Assembly: GCA_958009085.1 (NCBI GenBank) | Contig: OY253671.1 | Location: 1,116,001-1,180,000 of the forward strand | Origin: Protoeuglena noctilucae | Taxonomy: Eukaryota | Length of the DNA: 64,000 nt | Direction: 5' to 3' | In this document: in pieces, positions 61,801 through 64,000 of the stretch | How the letters are laid out: each line of letters starts with the position of its first letter | How positions within the stretch are numbered: the first letter of the stretch is position 1 | Made by a program: the position numbers and the translations under genes | Notes under the pieces: generated by a model | Databases searched by the model: none | The model's input: only the letters and a program-made list of their open reading frames with translations | Told to the model about the DNA's origin: nothing

Positions 61801-63892
61801 AGAGGCGTGCATGTTTGGAGAGCCTCTCACATACCACACGGCACAGCGCACATCATGCAAGTCACAGAGTTGATCTAACAGGTTCCCTCGTGCGTGCGTC
61901 GTGGGTCGTGACTGCGCGTCGTGACTGCCGCTGCTGCGCGCAGATGGTGGTCCAGGCCGTGAAGGCCCACATGGAGCGTGCGCTGAACAAGAACAAGTCC
62001 TCGATGCGCCGGGTCATCCAGGAGACGATCCACGACAGCCTGGAGGCCTTCCAGGCGGTGCTGGGGCAGCTGACGACCACGCAGCTGACGACTGCGGACG
62101 GCCCGAAGGACATCAAGCACACGACCGAGGCGCGGGTGGATGAGTGGGCCGCCCCGCTGATCGAGAGCGTTACGGACAACTTCGCGGCCGACCGGCTCCT
62201 GGGATCCGGCGGCTTCGCGAAGGTCTATCGGGCGACGGTCGCGGGGTTCCGGGGCAAGCGGCGCGACGTGGCGGTGAAGCGCTTCTTCATCCAAGACGAG
62301 AGCGCCGTCGAGGAGCAGGTGCGGTTGCGTGAAAAGAGTGACACTCGCGGCTCATGCAAGAGGGTCTGGGTGCGCATGTGGTGGTTGCATGCGGTGCTTG
62401 CAAGGCAGTGCAGTGTGAAGAAGGGGTGTCCGGATGCGATAGCCACATGTGAGGCCCCGTACTTGATACCCAGTACTGGCTGCGCCCTCCCTGCTCCGCA
62501 GATTTTAAACGAGGCGGAGATCCTCGGGACCCTGAAGCACGCGGGCATCGTGCGGCTGCTGGCCCTGTGCTGGAAGCCGGCCTGTTTGGTGTACGGTGAG
62601 CATGTGGCGGGCGAGCGTGGATAGCAGGAAGACAACATATTGATGGAGACTATCGTTGACCAATGACCCCAAGCGAAGGCCACATTGCACAGCGCCTCGT
62701 CTCCGCCGCAGAGCTGTGCGAGGGCGGCACGGTGGCGGACAGGCTGGAGGGGCGGCAGGGGGGCCTGGGGTGGCAGGCGCGCGTGCGTGTGCTGCGAGAG
62801 ACGGCCGTGGCGCTGCAGTTCATGCACTCGGCGCGCGGAGAGGGCGCTTTCTCCAAGGGCGTCTATCACAGGGACATCAAGCCCGCCAACCTGCTCCTTT
62901 CGGTGCCGGGAGACGACGCCAGCGTCAAGCTGGCCGACTTTGGCGTGGCGAGGGTCGTGGATGAGGACAGGGAGGCAGGCGCCAGTGTTACTACCCGTTT
63001 GATGGGAACAAGCGCGTACATGGTGAGCGGTGGTGTCAATTGACAAAGCGGGTGCGCAAGTTTGGGCGCCGTGTGCTGTGGGCAGCCGCCGTAAGGGCTT
63101 GCAACATGCAACTTTATCACATAACTCGCCGCGCAGGACCCCGTCTACGTGCGCACACGCAAGTACGGCCCGCACTGCGACGTGTACTCGCTCGGGGTGG
63201 TGATGGTGCAGCTGGCGACGGGGTGCTCGGGCCCCCGGGCGCTGGTGGTGGCCGAGGATCCCTCCGGGGCGACCCCAGACGCTAAGGCCGGCGACTGGAT
63301 GGCGGCGGTGTTCACGGAGGTGCTGCAGATGGGCCTGCGGTGCATGCGCGACCGCCCCGACGACCGCCCCTCGCTGCTGGAGGTGATTGAGTCGCTGCGG
63401 GCGGCGGAGAAGGCCGGGGCCGAGGGCGACGGGACGCTGCTGGCGACAACGGCGGAGATCCGGAGGCGCCACGAGGAGCACGAGCGGCTGAAGCAGGCGC
63501 TGCTGGCGGAGCAGAGCAAGGTGCGGGGCAGGTCTAGAGGGCATGCAGGGTGCGGGTGGTGCGAGGCGAAGCATGGCGGGTGCGGGCAGAGGGCGGACAG
63601 AGGGTGGGGCGGTGCTACGCAAAGCATGGGCGGAGCAGCGGGGTTTGTTTGCATCGCGAACCTCCGCCCATCTGCGCATCCCTCGCCCCGCTGTTGACCC
63701 CCACACATGCCCAAACAAGCCATCCCATTTGATTGCGCGTCACGCCATGCCGCCTCGCGTACGCAGTTGGAGGCGCAGCTGCAGGCGGCGCAAGAGGCGG
63801 AGAAACTGGACGAGGAGCGTCGGCTTATGGAGGAGAAACTGGCAGAGATGAGGAGGCAGCTGGAGGAGAGGACCCGGGGTGCCGGGGCCAAG
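58880..63892 (+). CDS. Multidomain protein: N-myristoylation motif + BBS5-like double PH + MLKL/HeLo-like helical domain + IRAK/Pelle/RLK-type kinase + coiled coil (probably continues beyond window)
   Basis: Exons checked by hand for phase: 58880-58900, 59048-59055, 59232-59343, 59439-59773, 59879-60092, 60186-60714, 60869-61251, 61398-61489, 61604-61795, 61944-62318, 62502-62595, 62712-63023, 63137-63520, 63767-63890. No stop codon falls between the domains. Kinase motifs: LGSGGFAKVY, VAVK, HRDIKPAN, DFG, GTSAYMDP and DVYSLG. Confidence 0.85.
59330..60385 (+). other. BBS5-like double PH domain within the kinase gene
   Basis: DRQVRFD, VKDTKG, LRVIF, IGWGCV, SRFEFKF, YRTLRLR, PRLLLGE, VYNL, GKMFLTDVRVLWRA..NHEFNISIP, GLALVV, VLGF and QPRFG occur in the same order as the remembered BBS5 motifs (DRDVRFD, EDTKG, TRFEFIF, YRDFKLR, FNVSIP, GLALVI, VLGF, PIFG). 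Confidence 0.88.
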
Positions 63893-64000
63893 TGAGGGGC
63901 CCTGGACAGTCCAAGGGTTTGTTTGTGATCATGCGATGGTGTGCAATGGGCTCTCGGGTCCTGTCGATGTAACTCAGTTCCGCTGTGTTCGTTGCGTGTT

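Noticed and set aside
1..64000. Prokaryotic interpretation (operons, CRISPR, defence islands, IS elements)
   Set aside because: The genes are eukaryotic and interrupted by spliceosomal introns. I saw no repeat-spacer array, transposase or terminal inverted repeats.

Overview
This is eukaryotic nuclear DNA: very GC-rich, gene-dense and intron-rich. It is most likely a green alga, judging by plant-type gene families, occasional TGTAA 3' signals and cilium-related domains. I read about 21 spliced protein-coding genes. Recognisable ones are RRN3 (3' truncated), peroxisomal-type citrate synthase, DDX11/Chl1, RPL19, a membrane-anchored alpha/beta-hydrolase, PWP2, mitoribosomal mS35 and mS45, a WD40 protein, DUF455, an X-family DNA polymerase, eIF3e, GCP3 and strawberry notch; several others are hypothetical. 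No rRNA, tRNA, CRISPR array or transposon was recognised. The most striking feature is the last gene (58880 to beyond the window). It splices in frame into N-myristoylation motif + divergent BBS5 double-PH module + MLKL/HeLo-like helical domain + catalytically intact IRAK/Pelle/RLK-type kinase + coiled coil, a candidate membrane- or cilium-targeted cell-death/immune protein. Also notable are an FHA-BRCT-PolX fusion, a MENTAL-like pseudo-hydrolase and an unusually high number of GC-AG introns. All gene models and family assignments were made by eye from remembered family motifs, with no searches run, and several 5' ends are uncertain.
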